Below are positions 61,021 through 64,000 of a stretch of DNA of 64,000 bases, one piece after another. The notes beneath the pieces were generated by a model, which was given only the letters and a program-made list of their open reading frames with translations, was not told the origin of the DNA and searched no databases. The first letter of the stretch is position 1; each line of letters begins with the position of its first letter. The stretch is from Ginglymostoma cirratum. Its lineage: Eukaryota. The stretch spans positions 67,132,245-67,196,244 of the forward strand of contig JAHRHZ010000133.1 in NCBI GenBank assembly GCA_024137785.1, read 5' to 3'. The position numbers were made by a program, and so were the translations under genes.

Positions 61021-63831
61021 CTGAAGGCTGAAATAACATTCCATCAGTGGGCCACCCTCACAACCATAAGCTTAAATCCTCACAGTAATAATTGAAACCT
61101 GGCAGATTTATAACCTTGCACAGCAGAGAAAAGAAATGATCAAATGTTCATCAAATGCAGCCAGCTTTACAGACTTTGGGTATTTGGCCACTGGTCTTCC
61201 AAACTCTCACCTACATCATTCCTCTGCGAGTGTAAACCTACAGATTAATTTGTAACGTGTGTGTATTAATGCATTTAAACAGATTGAGGAATGAAGATCT
61301 GCATACACGTACACAAATATCAAACGCTCAGTATAACTGCATCGGTCATTTCACTCCTGTGCAGACGTGGTGAAGTGTCATGAGCTTTTTCACAAGTGAA
61401 TTAAGAGTCAGTTTACCTTTCAGAAAGAGCACAATTCCTGCCACAAGTGGTAACGTCTATGTAATGCTTGCTTGGCTACAAAGATGCATCAAAGGAAATA
61501 AAAGAACACGGATCTTTATATGTCTGATAACAGAATCAGAGATAAAATTGCAGGTGCTCAAAGGTGCTGAGAGTTATGGTCCAAACTTGTTTTAAAACTA
61601 GGTCAAACTCTGCTTGAACCTGCTGACCAATTTGTAAATTTCTTAAAACAGCATTTCATTCAACCCTATACTCCATATTCTCAACTGGGGATCAAAAATC
61701 AACACTAGTTAAAAATAAAGGTCAGCTGGCCCGTGGAAAAGACTAACCAATCCCCTACCCGACAAAGGCTTCCTGGGGAACACAAAGAAACAAAATCATT
61801 CTTCCACTGACACTAATACAAATAAGATTCAATTGATACTATGTCAGCAGAACTCTGCTACTGCCCAGCAGTTTCATACACTGCACAGAAACCCTTTATG
61901 TTAACCTGTCGAGATTGCATTTCAAAACTATCAACGAAATAAAGGCAATTCTGCACCATGCCTTCTAACACACTTCAGCCTTGTAAAACAGGCTTCGTTG
62001 TCAAAGGTAACATCTCAGGAAGCAATTTCCATTCCCCAAGTAAAGGGAAATGATGGCAAGTCAACTTCACCCATTTATAATTATCTCATTAGATGAATTC
62101 AGAATGTATTGCAGCTCAAAATCACCAGAATTCTTTTTCTGGTTCATGATACCATTGCACCAAATGGTTAAAATCATGGGCTTCTGACCCAAGAAAACTG
62201 ACGCATTCAATTTTTCAGTTTAAAAGGGGTCAGGGATAACTTGTATTCATCCCAAAGGGTAATGTCCCCAATTAGAAATTTAGGTATGTGATTAGATGCA
62301 TTCCAATCCCATTCTTGGAGCTAGTTCTTGTGCCTTTAAACCTATAGTAGCTTCACAGCCAGTAAGAGTTTAAAAAGTAGTAATGATAAAAGGTTCTTCA
62401 CCATGCTGCCGTTTCATTTTAACTAACAGGGCTGCAAACAGGTATCATTTTAACTGATTTGTGGTCCTGACCCACAGCCTCTCAGCTGTATGTCAGTCAA
62501 GAAGGCATAAGGTAAATTTTTTAAATGTATTAATTTAATAAATAAACATGACTTAATCAAGGAAAATATGGGCTGGCAAATGAAAAATAATTTTCTATGC
62601 ACAGTAAATAATCGGACACAGGCACGTACAAGAAACAATTAGCTGCATTTATACAAAAATTCACACAGGATGACTTCCTCTGTACCAGGTCGAACAATAT
62701 CGCAGCTAAATTTATAAAGGAACGAGTATACAATCCCACAGCAGCTAGCGCACAGAGGAAATCTTCACTTATGGTCTACACTTTTAGATGGAAGCCTTTT
62801 GAAGACTCATGCATAAAAAAGCACTTTGTTAAACATCCTCCTCATCCTCCCCTACCCCTTCATCTCCCTGTACTATCTGCACAAAATCAAACACAGCATT
62901 TTTCCTCTTTAGTATCTATGAATTATGAATACAGCTGTCTTATCCCGAAGTATATTTACAGATTTTCAAAAGTAGATGGTATCTTGTTAGATTGTAATAA
63001 ATGGGGCCCAGGAGAATACTCTGAAGTCGGTGCACGGCAACCACCAAACAATAGCTCCTTCCTCATTCAGATGCATGTCTTCAAAAAAAATGTCGTAATT
63101 AAGGATGCTACAAAGTACTTTCAGCAGTCGCTTTCTCCTACTGCAATTGAACTAATCACGACAAATCATCTTGTACTGCAGAAAGCTGGCTGTCAGTTTA
63201 CTTAACCCTATGCAGTCCCCAGTTGCACTCCTACTGTAAGAATGAGTATTTTGCAGGCTTTTTGGACATTCCTATCAAGTTTAGAACCACCTCTGTGTTT
63301 TGCTTTAGTGACTAATAATTTGTGTTTTTTTTTTAAATTCTATATATTCTCCAAACTCCAGTAAATTTTTTTCAAATATCTGGCTTTTCCATCAAAGTAA
63401 TTTTCTGTCCAGCTGTAACAGTATAACAGCAATTTCAGACTTCGTTCTGATGATGAATTCTAATTTCCTTGATATTTTCTTATCATTCCAAGGAATTATC
63501 CAAAAACATACTAGCAATGTTTCTGCAGCATTTCAGCGTAATACTGTTAACAGAGCTTGTTGAAGTCGGCAAAGGCTCTCCTCACATTCCCAGCAGTGTG
63601 TGCAATAGATGACACAACAAAACCTATACGTAATAATGGCTAATACCCAGATATGACAGCCTTAAAATCAGTATGTTCAGCTCAATATTCTCTGTAATTG
63701 CAGGATGTAAATCTGCAGCCTTTTGCCAAAAAAAGGAGTAAACTTTACAATTCAATTTCTAACAGAAGCAAAAACTGAGGAGGAAAATAATTTCAAAAGA
63801 GCCAGACTAACAATGTTAGAACCTATCTTCA

Positions 63832-64000
63832 TCAGCCCTGAATATCCGAGAACATTTTACCCATTCTATCCCCTCTTGCCCTGAATATTAAAGCAGTGTT
63901 TTACCCATTTTATTCTCCAATGCCCTGAATGTTAATTTGGTGTTTCAGTCATTCTATTCCCTCCTGCCTGAATACTAAGAATGTGTTTTACCTAATCTAT
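63832..64000. repeat. Diverged ~43-44 bp minisatellite, 4 or more units, running off the window end
   Basis: 'cctgaat...tttacccatt.tat' recurs at ~63836, 63879, 63923 and 63967. Confidence 0.8.

Noticed and set aside
63832-64000. CRISPR-like repeat-spacer array
   Set aside because: Eukaryotic context, units diverge throughout, there are no unique spacers and no cas genes.

Overview
Non-coding, repeat-rich vertebrate genomic DNA. The repeat repertoire (CR1/HER1-type LINEs, L2 tails, Rex1/Babar, Deu-type and other tRNA-derived SINEs) points to a cartilaginous fish (shark); this is inference. No host protein-coding exon could be supported: the only ORFs with recognisable motifs are retroelement RT fragments. 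The most striking signal is a dense set of about 11 well-preserved and 4 decayed short elements (95-280 bp, plus one of ~760 bp) derived from Penelope-like retroelements (PLE). Each carries, or has partly lost, a minimal hammerhead ribozyme core (CTGANGA-A-stem II-GAAAC-GTH) at the 5' end of a ~100-135 bp arm. Many are head-to-head palindromes with a ~30-nt tail on one arm only, flanked by variable 9-17 bp target-site duplications. One copy still carries PLE reverse-transcriptase sequence and a complete 7-bp helix I. Both 400-N assembly gaps fall inside such hairpins. Several repeat-free blocks rich in homeodomain/POU sites look like conserved non-coding enhancers. Coordinates were counted by eye, and boundaries of decayed repeats are approximate.
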